Assembly (NCBI GenBank): GCA_964016885.1 | Contig: OZ024750.1 | Coordinates: 19,220,001 to 19,284,000, forward strand | From: Eledone cirrhosa | Lineage: Eukaryota | DNA: 64,000 nt | Reading direction: 5' to 3' | Part shown: positions 40,031 to 54,817 of the stretch, piece after piece | Layout of the letters: the number at the start of each line of letters is the position of its first letter | Position numbering within the stretch: position 1 is the stretch's first letter | Program-made: the position numbers and the translations under genes | Notes under the pieces: generated by a model | Told to the model about the DNA's origin: nothing | Seen by the model: the letters and a program-made list of their open reading frames with translations, nothing else | The model's database searches: none

Positions 40031-43000
40031 AGAGAGTGAGAGTGAGATAGAGATATATATTTAGATAGATAGAGAGAGAGAGTAATTGGGGATAGAGAGA
40101 TGAAATGTCGTGCATACATTTGTCTTTATATATGTGCATATTTACCTTACTTCTGTATATTTAGTTAAAAAACAATAACATTCATTTGTACAATCAAATA
40201 TTCTAGAAGAATAGCATTAAAGATTAAAAGGAAACTGTATAAATAATATAGGCAAGAGATTATCTCGAAGAAATACGTATGAGAGAGAGATAATTTTATC
40301 AAACTAAGACTGATTTGTTGCTAAAACGTCTTTTGTTTTTGAAATTAAAATCGAATTCCGTATATCACCAGGAAAATGGAATTAGCGTTCTGTTTAGAAT
40401 TGTAACAAAAGAAAGATTTAGCGCGGTATTCTTGTATCGAATTATATCTCTCCATGTTGCTGATAATAAAAAAAGAATGGGATTATATTGTTCTTATATT
40501 AGTACCGGTTAGAATGAAGGCGTGCGACAACCGAATAAAGGAAATGGTTATTTACTTAATATTCCTTTTGATATTGATATATCATTTGAAAAAAGTATCA
40601 ATTTCTGTTTTGGAAAGAAATTACAAAACGAAGATTTAGAGAATTCTTGCATCATAGTCTCCCTCGCCACGTTGCTGATAGATAAATATATGTAGTTGTG
40701 CTGATCTTATAGTTGTACCAGTTAAGAATAGGGACATGGTTATACATTTAGTATTTTTTTTTATACTGATATATCATTTGTATAAATTTGTATAAGGTAA
40801 TATATTGTGTATGGCGGTCTGAGTGCATGATGATAAACGTAGATTTCAGCGATCTATTCCCTGAAAACGGGCCCGAAACCGAACCGACATGAAGATCACC
40901 TCCAGATAACAATGATCGACTATATCGAAAGCTTTCGTGTGATCTAAGATCTTATTTCTCCACGCAAAGGATCATGCACTTTGATTACTTTTATTAAATC
41001 TGACCATACTACAGTTCTGGTGGCGTTATTTGCGCCAGTCATCAATTTGTTAATTTTCCTAGACCCGCGAAGGTTAGGGTTCTTTTAGAGGCGGCCGTTA
41101 CTCATCTCGTCATAACTATATCACTGGGTTGTGATAGTTTTCTTCAGTGTAATCCATTGCTCTGTCTACCCTAGTAGTTTACTACTGTTTTTCAAGGTTG
41201 CTTATTCGTATGGCAGGAGTCTACTTATATCACAACAAACCATCATATCCAGGGACCGCATCGTTATCCGCCACCTGCAACCACCCATTTTCTATCAAAA
41301 CAGCTCTTGGCCATCAGAAGGTTGGTGAAAAAACGAATCTTGGATGATGACTGAAAGAATACAATCACAAATACAAGCGGCCGAAATGGGGTTCCCCCGA
41401 AGGGTTTTGGAGTAATGTTACTCGATATGGTGCGTAGCTTGGAGATAAAGGAAGCAACCGAGAAAGTGCCGCTACATTTCCGAATTGAGAGGTTAACAGA
41501 TATGAAGTAAGAATATCCAGAGAAACCAATCGACAGGTGTCTCAGGGGTAGATCACAAGAAAGGTGGTTGTCTAACATCCAGAAGTTCGGTTGGTTTCAT
41601 TTGGAGATCCAGTCAGATCAACTAGTCTATTGCTTCCGACAGAACTCACTGGGAGGTTGTTTGAGGGCTCTGCCCCATCGACCTTCCCAGAAAGAAGTGC
41701 GTTAAGAATTATTTTAGTCCGTATTCACAAACCACTATATTTCTGTGTGTGTGTGTTCTGCAGTACGCTACCTGGTGGTATTTTTTCTGTCTATTATTGA
41801 ATCCGAATTGTTATGTACGGATTTATGTATTTTATTATTTGTGTTTATATATGAATATCATTTTACAACATTTAATACATCTGCATATTATTTTACGTGT
41901 ATATCTGTAAGTGTGCATGTCCATATATTTTATACATGTATGTGTGTATGTCTATATGTTTTATATCTGTTTGTTTTATATGTTCATATATTTTATAGTG
42001 TCTGTATATACATGTGGGTATAGAATACTCGGTTTATTGAAAAAAGTGCTTTTAATAGTTTTCATTAGAGCTCAACAATGTCGTTATTTTATCATGTGAT
42101 AAAATCTATTAAGTATAAACATTAAATAATATTTTACAATTTTATGAGATTCCGCCATCTTAAACCAACTTCACTTTCACTGTAAAGTTTTAAACTAATA
42201 CATTATATTTCTCAGTAACAGATTTAAAATTATATTACAGCATTTAAACTAATGTATTTCTTTACACATATTTCTATTTTATTTTTCCGTGTAAATTTTA
42301 ATATCAATTTGTTGTGTATTTTTATACCCATTATATTTACATGGTATTAATTATTATACCTTAATATTTTCCAAGGCCAAATACATCAAAGCATATTCTG
42401 ACACATATTTTATTAATTTCCGAGTAGTGCAATGAAACCTGATCCCTCTCGTTAATCATAAAGCACTTAAATCAACGTTTTAACAATTCTTCCAAATACA
42501 CGGCCTTAGCCAATAGTTACCATTTTCCATCCCGAGCAACGCGTGGTGGAGAAGTCTACCACATTCTTCCATCCATTTCTGTGGCAAGCCAGAGCATGGT
42601 GGTTACAAAGGCTTTACTTCCGATGTCATGGGCGTGCTGCAAGGTAGAACAGTATACCACTTTCCTCCAATAATCTTTATTTCGAGTCAGGACTTGGGTT
42701 GTTGCGATGTTTTTACTGATCCATTCATTAATGTTTATCTACCAAATTTTCCTTCTAACATTCTTGTTTAAAAATATGTAAAATTTCGAATTTCAATAAA
42801 AACGTTGCTGTTCTTATTTATTTAACATCATGACCACACGCCATATTTTAGAATGGTGTACTCTGGATTACATTAACCAATTGTATATAAAGTAAGGTAT
42901 ACTATTAGAAGGGTTTGGTTGTTATGTCTCTCTATATTTATAGGGGTTTGAACAAATGTCATATTATAAAAGAAGGAGCATTAAACATTATGAAAATAGA

Positions 43001-43146
43001 AATGAACCTTTTATATTATGTGTGTATATATATATATATACATACATAAATTTACACACGCACACACACACACGTATGTATGTATGTATATATATATATA
43101 TATATATAAATGTGTGTGTGTATGTGAATGAGCATGTGTATTCACA

Positions 43147-43201
<55 letters not shown>

Positions 43202-44161
43202 AATATACATAAGCAGAAATACATACACACATATCTATACAGAGAGAGAGAGGGAGAGGGAGAGAGAGAGAGAGAGAGGGAGGGAGAGAGAGAGAGAGAA
43301 GTAGATGGATACATAGATAGATTGATAGAAAGTTTGATAGTCAGATAATTAAATAGATCGATAGATAGATCGAGAGATATAAATCCAATACATTAGGGAC
43401 GAGAGCTCTGTACATGAAAACATTTTATCAAAGTAGCACAAGAGCCTCTGCACTTAAATTTCTTTTTATTGCTTGTTAGTGTTAGTAAAAAGTTTATAGT
43501 ATACTAGTGGAGTGAAATATATGCCAGCAAAGTAGACGTAAGCAATGTGAATACAATACAGAGAAATATTAATGATCTGTGTTGCTCAGGTGCAGTTTAT
43601 CACTAACTACGACTCTGTTTTTAAAGTATGTACATAGATCAAAGTTAAACCAGACTCAAAAACTATTTTATTGTTACCAAAGATAACGTCTTGACAACAC
43701 ATTATTCATTAATCTGAGTCAGCAGAGGGTAATTTTTTATGTGTACACATGAAATATTTAAATTCAGCATATTTGCAGATTGATATTACAGTTCTGAATC
43801 GCAATCATGTGGTCCTTGGTTCGATTTCACTTCAGTCGTTTTGGCAAAATGCAATTTGACGATGTCTCGTGTGAGTTCCACTCATATGACAAACACAGGG
43901 CGAACGGAAGTTGTTTGGTAGCCGTTTGGATGGATTGTACATGTAATAAAGGAGCCTGTTTCGTCTTGCGACACACTGTGTCAAACTGAATCTAGCTGCA
44001 AATTACGTTAAGGGCTCACAGATCTGTGAAATACTCATCTCCATGCATGTTCTTTTAACAACTCGCTCGTATCGTATATCAGCATATAGAGAAATAGAAA
44101 GAAATGTAGTGACACTGATTATGAATATAAACACAATGGGCCATGGTAAAGTTATTCTAAT

Positions 44162-44220
44162 ATACTCTTTTACTCTTTTACCTGTTCCAGCCATCCGGCT
44201 GAGGCCATGCTGGGGCATCG
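44162..44220 (+). mobile_element. Short SINE-tail-like repeat (also 55255-55303; reverse 20780-20850 and 23235-23305)
   Basis: TACTCTTTTACCTGTT.CAGCCATCCGGCTGAGGCCATGCTGGGGCA. Confidence 0.7.
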
Positions 44221-45202
44221 GCCATGAACTATATGTAATATAGTGAGGTAAAAGTTTTCAATTAATTGAGATTATCCACGTCAAATTTCAATTAATTCAT
44301 TTCATGCGAGTTTTCTAGATTTGTTGCTATTTTTAGATTTTAAATAGCCTAGTAGAGACTTTTTAGTTAATAACTGCATAGTTAATATGAGATAATCAAT
44401 ATATTTCAACTCACAATAATACAAATACATATGTTTGATTATATCGTTTGAATACATATGTTTGATTATATGTATATAGTACGCGAAAACATAGACTAGG
44501 CATTAAGTACCGGATTTGATGCTACTAAGGCAAATCGTTTCATCATAGCCTCCGATTAATCGAAACCTTATCAGTGAAATTATGTAGAGATAAGATGTGT
44601 GGATTCCCGGTTCAATACGGGTGTTGATTATTCCCCTATATTCTCTTTTAGACTTATTGCTCACTTTCTCTTATTATATTGGGTTGTCAAGTATGAAAAT
44701 TGTAGAAACTTGTTTTTTTAATCTACAAATTGTTACAAATTTCATACTTGATGATCCAATATATTCTATTTCTTACTTATCTCTCCTATATATCTATTCT
44801 CTGAAAATAATTGGCTGGAGAGTGATGAGCTCCATCAAGTTTAAAATTCCCTAGACACGGATATGTACCGATAGCACACCAACGATGCCATTAACAGTTA
44901 CGGCCCCATAATAATGGCGACCTATAAATATGATAGACACACATCTATCAGATGTGGATAACTTGCTCTTCTTATTAAAAAGTTCCAGTAATCAATAAAA
45001 TCTATGTTTCGTGTATGAAATCAATTATTCCATTTTGCTATTCGTCTATGTTACTGGAATGGAATAATTGCGATGCAAATAATCTCAACTCTTTCATATT
45101 AATGAGGAATATATAATCTCGAAGTAGTTACGTCATGTATTCACTTTTTTCCCACTAAATATATAATATATATATATTTGTGTGCATGTGTGCACAGGTT
45201 TG

Positions 45203-45232
<30 letters not shown>

Positions 45233-45233
<1 letters not shown>

Positions 45234-45819
45234 TTCGTTTCTGAATTTGTTTAGCAAGATTCTTTATCTGAAATCGTGTGTTGAAACCGATATTGTTATG
45301 CTTTGGGAGGGTCATGTTGCCAATAAGAAACACACGCACCAGTTGCTTTCACTTCAATTTATTATATATTTATAAATTTATAAATTTACAAATCTACAAA
45401 CTTATAAATTATAAATTTCTGGTTGGTTGGTTGGTTCCACAACCAGATAGTTGTTTATATATATAGTCATAGTCCTTTCGTCACACACTCTGTGACCTCT
45501 TCAGTGACTGGGGATTCCTTTCTTCGTTTCTGTGCCTTTTCACACACAGAAACAAAATGGCGTAGGATAGAAGAAAGAAAAGGCACAGAAACGAAGAAGG
45601 AATCCCCAGTCACTGAAGAGGTCACAGAGTGTGTGACGAAAGGACTATCACTATATATATAAACAACTATCTGGTTGTGGAACCAACCAACCAACCAGAA
45701 ATTTATAATTTATAAGTTTGTAGATTTGTAAATTTATAAATTTATAAATATATAATAAATTGAAGTGAAAGCAACTGGTGCGTGTGTTTCTTATTGGCAA
45801 CATTACCCTCCCAAAGTAT

Positions 45820-45827
<8 letters not shown>
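45233..45827. mobile_element. Fold-back element: ~250-bp inverted arms with hammerhead, 35-bp spacer, ~57-bp one-sided tail, within (TA)n
   Basis: Arms 45290-45541 / 45577-45827 with few mismatches; terminus TATTGTTAT..TTGGGAGGGTCAT recurs near 26434. Confidence 0.9.
45465..45509 (-). ncRNA. Minimal type I hammerhead ribozyme (mirror copy 45608-45652 on +)
   Basis: AGTCA-CTGAAGA-G-GTCACA-GAGTG-TGTGAC-GAAA-G-GA-C-TA-TGACT: 5-bp stem I, 6-bp stem II, 2-bp stem III, CUA triplet. Confidence 0.8.
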
Positions 45828-45868
<41 letters not shown>

Positions 45869-45964
45869 AATAAAGATTCAGCGGGAATCGCATTTTCGCC
45901 GGGCAGGAAAAGCGAAGCGAAGCGAAACGCAAAAATCAGAAATGATATATATGTATGTATATGT

Positions 45965-46139
45965 AAAAGTAAGAAATCGGAGAACAGACCTTTAATACAT
46001 GTTTATTTAAAACAGCACCTACGTACGTTTCGCCCGGATGGGATTTATCAAGGGCATAAACCCCATCCGGGCGAAACGTACGTAGGTGCTGTTTTAAATA
46101 AACATGTATTAAAGGTCTGTTCTCCGATTTCTTACTTTT
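45965..46139. mobile_element. Fold-back element: 84-bp inverted arms with decayed hammerhead core
   Basis: Arms 45965-46048 / 46056-46139; CCC-ATCC-GGG-C-GAAAC-GTAC-GTA-GG, preceded on - strand by CC-TTGATAA (CTGATGA-like). Confidence 0.8.
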
Positions 46140-46335
46140 CCACGTGCTTACGCTCTGCTAACTCTCTCGCCCACTAAATATTAACACTTCTAATATTTAA
46201 TACTGCCGGCACTAGTATTGAGCACCTTTTGCATACGCTATTTGGCAAATAACTACATGTATCACCTATCCCTCCTTTTTTTTCTCTCTCTCGATACGTA
46301 AATACTCTATGTATGTATATGTATGTATATATATT

Positions 46336-46405
<70 letters not shown>

Positions 46406-46492
46406 AATATATATAATTGGTGTGGGATGCTTAAAGCGTCCGTATTCGTCGCACCACTGACACTGATTCTCCGTTTCTTATGTGATACATAT

Positions 46493-46547
<55 letters not shown>

Positions 46548-46548
<1 letters not shown>

Positions 46549-46733
46549 CATGTATGACCCGACGGCAGAGCTCAAGCCGTTTCAACGGCTATTTCTAGAA
46601 ATAGCCGTCGAAATGGCTTGAGCTCTGGTGTCGGCGTCATACTTGTTCTTATTACCCACTCTACTACCATAAATATTGAGTACTTTGGTGCGTTATGGTC
46701 CATCTGATTCCTTACCACAATTCCTTCGTTATA
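46548..46733 (+). mobile_element. Family P1 fold-back copy, loopless palindrome plus tail, within (TA)n
   Basis: Centre GGCTATTTCT|AGAAATAGCC at 46596/46597; tail as in 6010-6088. Confidence 0.85.
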
Positions 46734-46835
46734 TATATGATGTCAATCTGTGATGTCAATCTGTTATTTTTATCTAAAGACATTTTTCCAATTCCAACAC
46801 GCCCGTCCCTTCAATCTATCTTATTTCTCATTCTT

Positions 46836-46870
46836 TCTTCTGATGAACGACTAGCGTCCGAAACGTTAAC
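46836..46870 (+). ncRNA. Minimal hammerhead-like motif
   Basis: CTGATGA-AC-GAC-TAGC-GTC-C-GAAACGTT with palindromic AACGTT; weak stem I. Confidence 0.5.
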
Positions 46871-46981
46871 ACCCTCTTCCTGCTGTTTCAAGTGTTAACC
46901 TAATATATTCCTTCCAACCGTACCGATTGTGTTGTTATTTCTGTTTACCTTTTGCACACACACGCGCACACACACACACGT

Positions 46982-47110
<129 letters not shown>

Positions 47111-47320
47111 GGGATAGATGAATAATTTGCTAGATAGATAAATAGACATATATGTGTATGTACCTACGGGACACATTAGGAAGGTATAAATTTAAACAAA
47201 GATAAAATTGGGTGTGTTTAAACATGTGAAAGGGAGATAGTGAGTCAGAGATAGATGGGAAAGATAGATGGGGAGAGATAGATAGAGAGCGACCAGGCTG
47301 AGACAAAGAGAGAGAAAGAG

Positions 47321-47359
<39 letters not shown>

Positions 47360-47426
47360 GAGAGAGCGAGAGAGAGAGAAAGAGATAGATAGATAGATAG
47401 AGAGAGCGAGAGAGAGAGAGAGAAAG

Positions 47427-47477
<51 letters not shown>

Positions 47478-47827
47478 GAGAGAGATGAGAGTATTTGGAT
47501 TTATAAATGTGAAGTTTCTCAGAATGTAACAGATTACTTAAATGGATGATAAGATAAAGATTATTTGACGTGTAAACTTCAAAGATCTGTCAAGCTTGCA
47601 AGGTATCGCCTCACAATCTGCAAGTAATATATTGAAAACAACACATAAAAACCCTTGAAATGCTCTCTTTTGTCAAAATATCTAGGAATTTTGACAGGAA
47701 TTTATACAATGAAATATTTCCCGCCTTCTGTTTTTTTTCATTGCTTTTCTCCTGCTGTTGCTTGACTATGTATTCTCCATTTAAATATATTTACTACCTG
47801 ACAAAACCTATAACGAATGAGGGAAGG

Positions 47828-47963
47828 GGCGCTACACTGTCGCTCGATTTGGTAGAAATAGCAACGATATCTTGCTGGAATCATACTCTAACGTATTCAA
47901 TAAAGAAGGATATATAAATATACACATATATCACCATCATCTAGTCGAGCTTGCTCGGACAAA

Positions 47964-47998
<35 letters not shown>

Positions 47999-48162
47999 AT
48001 ATATATATATATATCATCATCATCATTTTGTCCGAGCAAGCTCGACTAGATGATGGTGATATATGTGTATATTTATATATCCTTCTTTATTGAATACGTT
48101 AGAGTATGATTCCAGCAAGATATCGTTGCTATTTCTACCAAATCGAGCGATAGTGTAGCGCC
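47828..48162. repeat. Inverted duplication of host DNA centred on (ATG)n(AT)n(CAT)n
   Basis: About 135-bp unique arms, one mismatch seen. Confidence 0.95.
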
Positions 48163-48344
48163 ATAAGGAACAAGGTGGACCATAAAGCACCAGAGTACTC
48201 GATACTTAGGATAGTAGAGTGGGTAATAGGAAAAGAGTCAGGACTCCGACGGCTGCTGGGCTCCGGTATTGCATACTAGTGGTTTAGTTCGGATCTAGCT
48301 GTCGAAACGGGCCGGAGCTCAGCCGTCGGGGTCCTGACTATTTT

Positions 48345-48350
<6 letters not shown>
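48163..48350 (-). mobile_element. Family P1 fold-back variant
   Basis: ATAGGAAAAGAGTCAGGACTCCGACGGCTG / CAGCCGTCGGGGTCCTGACTATTTTCCTAT arms; tail is reverse complement of the 6010-6072 type. Confidence 0.8.
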
Positions 48351-48400
<50 letters not shown>

Positions 48401-48470
48401 ATTATTCAAACAGAACTCAAAACGATAAGATCTAGTTTTGAATATGTCACTATCTGGAAAACAACTTTTG

Positions 48471-48531
48471 TATTTTATCTGATGAGGGTGTACCAAAATT
48501 TTGGTACCCTTGAAATATATATAATCAAATA
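48471..48531 (+). ncRNA. Type I hammerhead motif, same family as 22177-22242
   Basis: TATTTTAT-CTGATGA-GGGT-GTACCAAA-AT-TTTGGTAC-CCTT-GAAA-TATATA-TA-ATCAAATA; downstream AATATGGTTTTATAAA shared with 22243 onward. Confidence 0.75.
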
Positions 48532-48564
48532 AATATGGTTTTATAAAGATAGTTTTCATATATA

Positions 48565-48620
<56 letters not shown>

Positions 48621-48774
48621 TATATCATTTAATGTAGTCCCTGAAGAGTCGGAACAAATACCGCAAAGAATGTTATCCAACATTATAGCGATTGTGTCAA
48701 TCCACTGCATTTATACTACTACTACTACAACAACAACAACTACTACTATTACTACTACTACTACTACTACTACT

Positions 48775-49180
48775 TCTTGCACAAGGCCAACAGGTTTTTG
48801 GAGGAGGGTAAAGTCGATTTAAAACTGTGCATTGCTGGTACTTTATTTTATCAACTCAGTAGGGATAAAAGGCAAAGCTAACCTCGGCGAATTTGAACTT
48901 ACACCGTAAAAGACATACTACTTTCACTTCATGAAATTAAAGTGTACGTGACTGAGCATTCCACAAACACGTGTACCTCTAATATAATTCGCGTGAAGAT
49001 TCAGCGCGTGATATAATCTATGAGAAAGCTGACCCTTTGAATTCCAGGTACAGACTATTCAATAGCTTCTAAACGATTTCTGTCTATTCACTTTCACTCA
49101 CAGGGCATGACTCGTCCCTAGGCTATGGTAAATGAGACTTGCCCAAGATGCTACGCTGTGGGGTCGAACCCGGAACTTAA
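48775..49180 (-). mobile_element. Family A SINE fragment followed by degenerate family C SINE
   Basis: AAAGGCAAAGCTAACCTCGGCGAATTTGAAC; ATGAAATTAA..GACTGAGCATTCCAC; ACTTGCCCAAG..GGGTCGAACCC. Confidence 0.7.
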
Positions 49181-50210
49181 TCCGTGCTGCATTCACAACG
49201 AGACGTAACTAAATACAATAAGATATACCCTACGCCACTATTATCGCTTCAGCCACTAACGTTAACTGCCTTTTTCTGGATTACTGACAATATAAAGCCA
49301 ACTGGCTTTTCCAGAATATTTAAATGTCATTAACATACTAATACGCAATTTCTACACAGCTCATGTTGCATTGCGAACGGAAGTATAATCTTCAATGATA
49401 TAATGATACAATTAACGCCTCTTATGGTCTAAATTACGGATAACTGGGAATCCATGAATAGTTCTTAACTGTTTACACATAGAAGGTAAATGCATCTACT
49501 CAAGAGAAAATGAAACCTGTCGGTGATCTTTTACTCAATCACTGTATAATATAGTACCTTTATTGTCCATAAATATTCCAATAATTTCATAATAGAATGT
49601 AAAAGGCTGAGCTAGAAAGTAAAGAGCTGAGAGGGAGAGAAAACATGGAGAGCTAAAGTGATAAACAGAGATACAAGAAGAATCTATAACCGCACAGCTG
49701 GACTGGTATATTATCGACTTAGAAAAAAGGAAAAGCAAGTTGACTTCGATGGGATTCGAACTCAGAACGCGGTCAGCCAGAACAAATACCTAAGCATGTA
49801 TATTTCTATGTCTTTTCGTTTATACCATTTCGTTGCTTTCAGATTTTAACTGTGACCACATAAAGTCTAAACACATCTACTCAAGAGAGAACAAGACATA
49901 TCAACGACATATTGTTCAACCAATGTTTAATATATCATGTCTATTGTGATAAACATTTCTATAATTTCATAACAATATAACGATATGTCAGAATGCTTAA
50001 GTCAACCGGATGTTTACACATCTAGTTACAGGGTGTATTTAATACAGGCTATATATATATATATATATATATGAGTTTCAGAAGATCCCGTTAAGGGTGA
50101 AAGCAGCGATTCTTTGCTTAAACTTAATCTGATATTTTAATAAATATTTGCTCAAGGGTTCTTATATATTTGATATATATTTATCCTTTTCGAGCCCTCT
50201 TCACATTTAT

Positions 50211-50280
<70 letters not shown>

Positions 50281-50420
50281 TTTATGTAGATCCTGGGTAA
50301 GATTGGACTCCACACCAGGATCTCCACCGTCTCTAACACCTACCACTAGGCCAACGAGGGGTCCTGACTATTTTCCTATATATATACATATATATAATAT
50401 AGATATATATACATATATGT

Positions 50421-50452
<32 letters not shown>

Positions 50453-50455
50453 AAC

Positions 50456-50542
<87 letters not shown>

Positions 50543-50629
50543 TATATATATATATACACATATATATACACACATATATATATATACACACATATATATA
50601 TATATACATATATACATATACATATATAC

Positions 50630-50673
<44 letters not shown>

Positions 50674-50689
50674 GCAAGTCAAACGAGAG

Positions 50690-50835
50690 TAAGAGACCCC
50701 TGATTCTGGTTGAGAGGGAAACTCTGCGTGACCAGCCAATCTCATGGATGCTATTCAACAGTCTTGCTCTGGATCTAACTCTGGGTCTCCTACCTATTGG
50801 TTTTGACCGTAAAATCTGTCCAGCGATTCTTGTCC
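50690..50835 (-). pseudogene. RTE LINE 3' fragment related to 37565-37805
   Basis: [35 protein letters not shown]. Confidence 0.75.
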
Positions 50836-50930
50836 CTATATAAACTATAATAAAGGAAGGTCTGCGGGATTGGGTACAGTTTTTTTTTAGCCCCTTAGTA
50901 AAATAAGTTGGATTACTTTGAATAAATAAT

Positions 50931-51115
50931 TGTTTCTACTTTAGGCACAAGGCCAGCAATTATCCAGTGCATTACTGGTACTTTATTTTATCGACCCCGT
51001 AAGGATGAAAGGCAAAGTCAACCTCGGCGGGATTTGAACTCAGATCGTAAAGGGACGTAACTATGCTGGAAAGCATGGCGTCCGACCCTCTATTCATACT
51101 GCCAATCCACCGCCC
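50931..51115 (-). mobile_element. Full-length family A SINE with 18-bp TSD
   Basis: TTACTTTGAATAAATAAT at 50913-50930 and 51116-51133. Confidence 0.93.
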
Positions 51116-51742
51116 TTACTTTGAATAAATAATGAATGAATATTACATAATTTATCTACTAAATTCCGTGACTGTTCATTAAATATATTTTGTTTATTTA
51201 ACGATTCACTACTTAAAAATTTCTGAAATGTCAACACTTCCGGTTGGCCATCGCTAATTTTCTGTCACTAATTTTCTCCTAATGCAGTTTATGTATAATA
51301 TCGTCTTTTTTAATGTTTCATAGATTACGTTACTGATTAAATAAGACAGTGTAACGCAGTCTTCGTTCAATTTCTATGTATTATATATTGTCAATTACGA
51401 TTTTATTTGACGTATCATATCTACATGTATATATACCTGCGTATAATATCAATATACACACTACACATGCTTGCAGAAAACCACCCGAATGGTGGTTTTT
51501 CTGCTAGTACATATATAAACACCAACTTGAGGCGGTTATCTGACTTTCCTCTATTTCAAAAGAATGAAAGTTTTTGGCAACTATATAATCATCTGCTTAC
51601 TAGACTAACCAAAGAATGGATTAGTTACCCGACCAATAATAAACCCTAGGTGAAACCCATCTGTGGTATAAGTTTTTATTGGAAGCATGATCTTCGCAAA
51701 CCAATCAATCAATATCCCTCTCTCTCTTGCTCCATCTCTCTC

Positions 51743-53215
<1,473 letters not shown>

Positions 53216-54321
53216 GTGCTTAAAATGATTTAGTAAAGATTCGCCCTTGGATATATACCACATATCCTCCTATCCAGTTATATGATATCGATAGTAATAT
53301 TATGTATTTAATAACATTTAATAGAATTCGTTTTCCACATCGACCAAATTCGATGTTTCTTTTTTGTATTTGTTAAAAGCAGTAACGAATGAAACCATCC
53401 AATGTATAGTGTAATGGAATATATATAAATATATAACGTGTATCAATATAGAAGAAATAGCATAGAAAATTGTTTGCTAGCAATTTGTGGAATATATATT
53501 AAACTCTATTAAATGAATCCGATATTTTATAAAATTATTTAGAATTAAGTATTTTAGAAAATAAAATAAACTAATGATTTCTTCACTAGGCCTAAGGGAC
53601 ATCCTTTTCATACATTTTAGTGACAGGGGCATAGTTGATTAAATCTGTACAAGTTCTCGACTGGCATTTATTTTTTAACCATATTTGCATGAAAGAACGA
53701 ACACAAAATGGCTTGATAACAATTCAGAAAGAGAAGAGATGTAACTAAACACCGCTTGTCATTTCTCTCAATTCGTCCATCAATATCTAACTCGTACATC
53801 TATCTACACTTATGTGTTTTTATATAACAACCATATATAAAATATCTTTATATCAACCGTGGATATCTATACTTATCCATCACTTTTTATTTCCGCTTTT
53901 TCTTCTCAATTATTTGCACGCATATATAGTTACATTGCTAAGGAAAATCTACATTTTTCTGATCCATTAACAAATGATATTACAGTTTCAATTACAGGTC
54001 TCTCCGTACGAAGTTTTATCTATTCTGTCGAATTTCAAGTTTCAGATATTGTGGGCAGCAATTTGGAATGGCATTTTAGAAGCATTGAATAATGTTATAT
54101 ATTCTTTACCTTGGGTTGTCAACTACTGAAGGAAACGTAGGGGCACCGTCATGACACGGTGTTTCAGGGGCATATATGGGAATCCCCACAATTCACAGAA
54201 TATCTTCTTGAACTCTGTAACATAGGTTTAACAAGACATATTAAACATATTCCAAATAATACCATTAAATCTATTCGTATGCCTCCATGATACATAGCTT
54301 CGTTATACGATGTATCTTCCA

Positions 54322-54633
54322 TGTAGCTTTGTGGTTAAGGTATTCGACTCACAATCGTAAGGGCGTCCGTTCGATGTTCGGCAGCGCGTTGTGTCCTTGA
54401 GCAAGAAACTTTATTTCACGTTGCTCCAGTCCACTCAGTTGGCAAAAATGATTTGTATCCGTAATTCGAAAGCCAAGCTTGTCACATTCTGTGTCATGTT
54501 GAATCTCCCTGAGAACTATGTTAAGTGTACGTGTGTTTGTGAAATGCTCAGCCACTGGCACGTTAATTTCACGAGCAGACCGTTTATTTGATCGTAATAA
54601 CAGGAATACTCGTCGTCGTAACTGACGGAGTGC
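54322..54633 (+). mobile_element. tRNA-derived SINE family C, full length
   Basis: Box A TAGCTTTGTGG, box B CGTTCGATG, GTGTCCTTGAGCAAGAAACTTTATTTCACGTTGCTCCAGTCCACTCAG, distinct tail. Confidence 0.85.
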
Positions 54634-54817
54634 TATCATATATACTTGGATGTAATTTAAGGGAAATTCTGTTCGAAAGGAACGTAGAATTTAAACTAAT
54701 TGAACTAAATACAAAACAAAACGAAATAAAAGGTGGAGTCGTGGTAAAGTGGTCCATAAGTGAGTTTCTAAATAAAAATAGTTTCCCATTAACATCTGTA
54801 ATAAGTTTATGTTTATA

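Noticed and set aside
41050-41710. GC-richer unique island, possible transposon remnant (also 13040-13560, 20335-20610)
   Set aside because: No termini, TSD or protein motif could be supported
48641-48672. CTGAAGAG-TCGG..CCG hammerhead-like motif (also 50090-50110, 61911-61937, 40861-40880)
   Set aside because: One core box is mutated and stems I/III are not supportable; could be chance or heavy decay
51473-51504. Small hairpins (also 62796-62815)
   Set aside because: Too short to separate from chance or from tiny fold-back scars
54110-54214. Minus-strand exon-like segment with AG and GTAAAG borders
   Set aside because: All three frames contain a stop; no homology recognised
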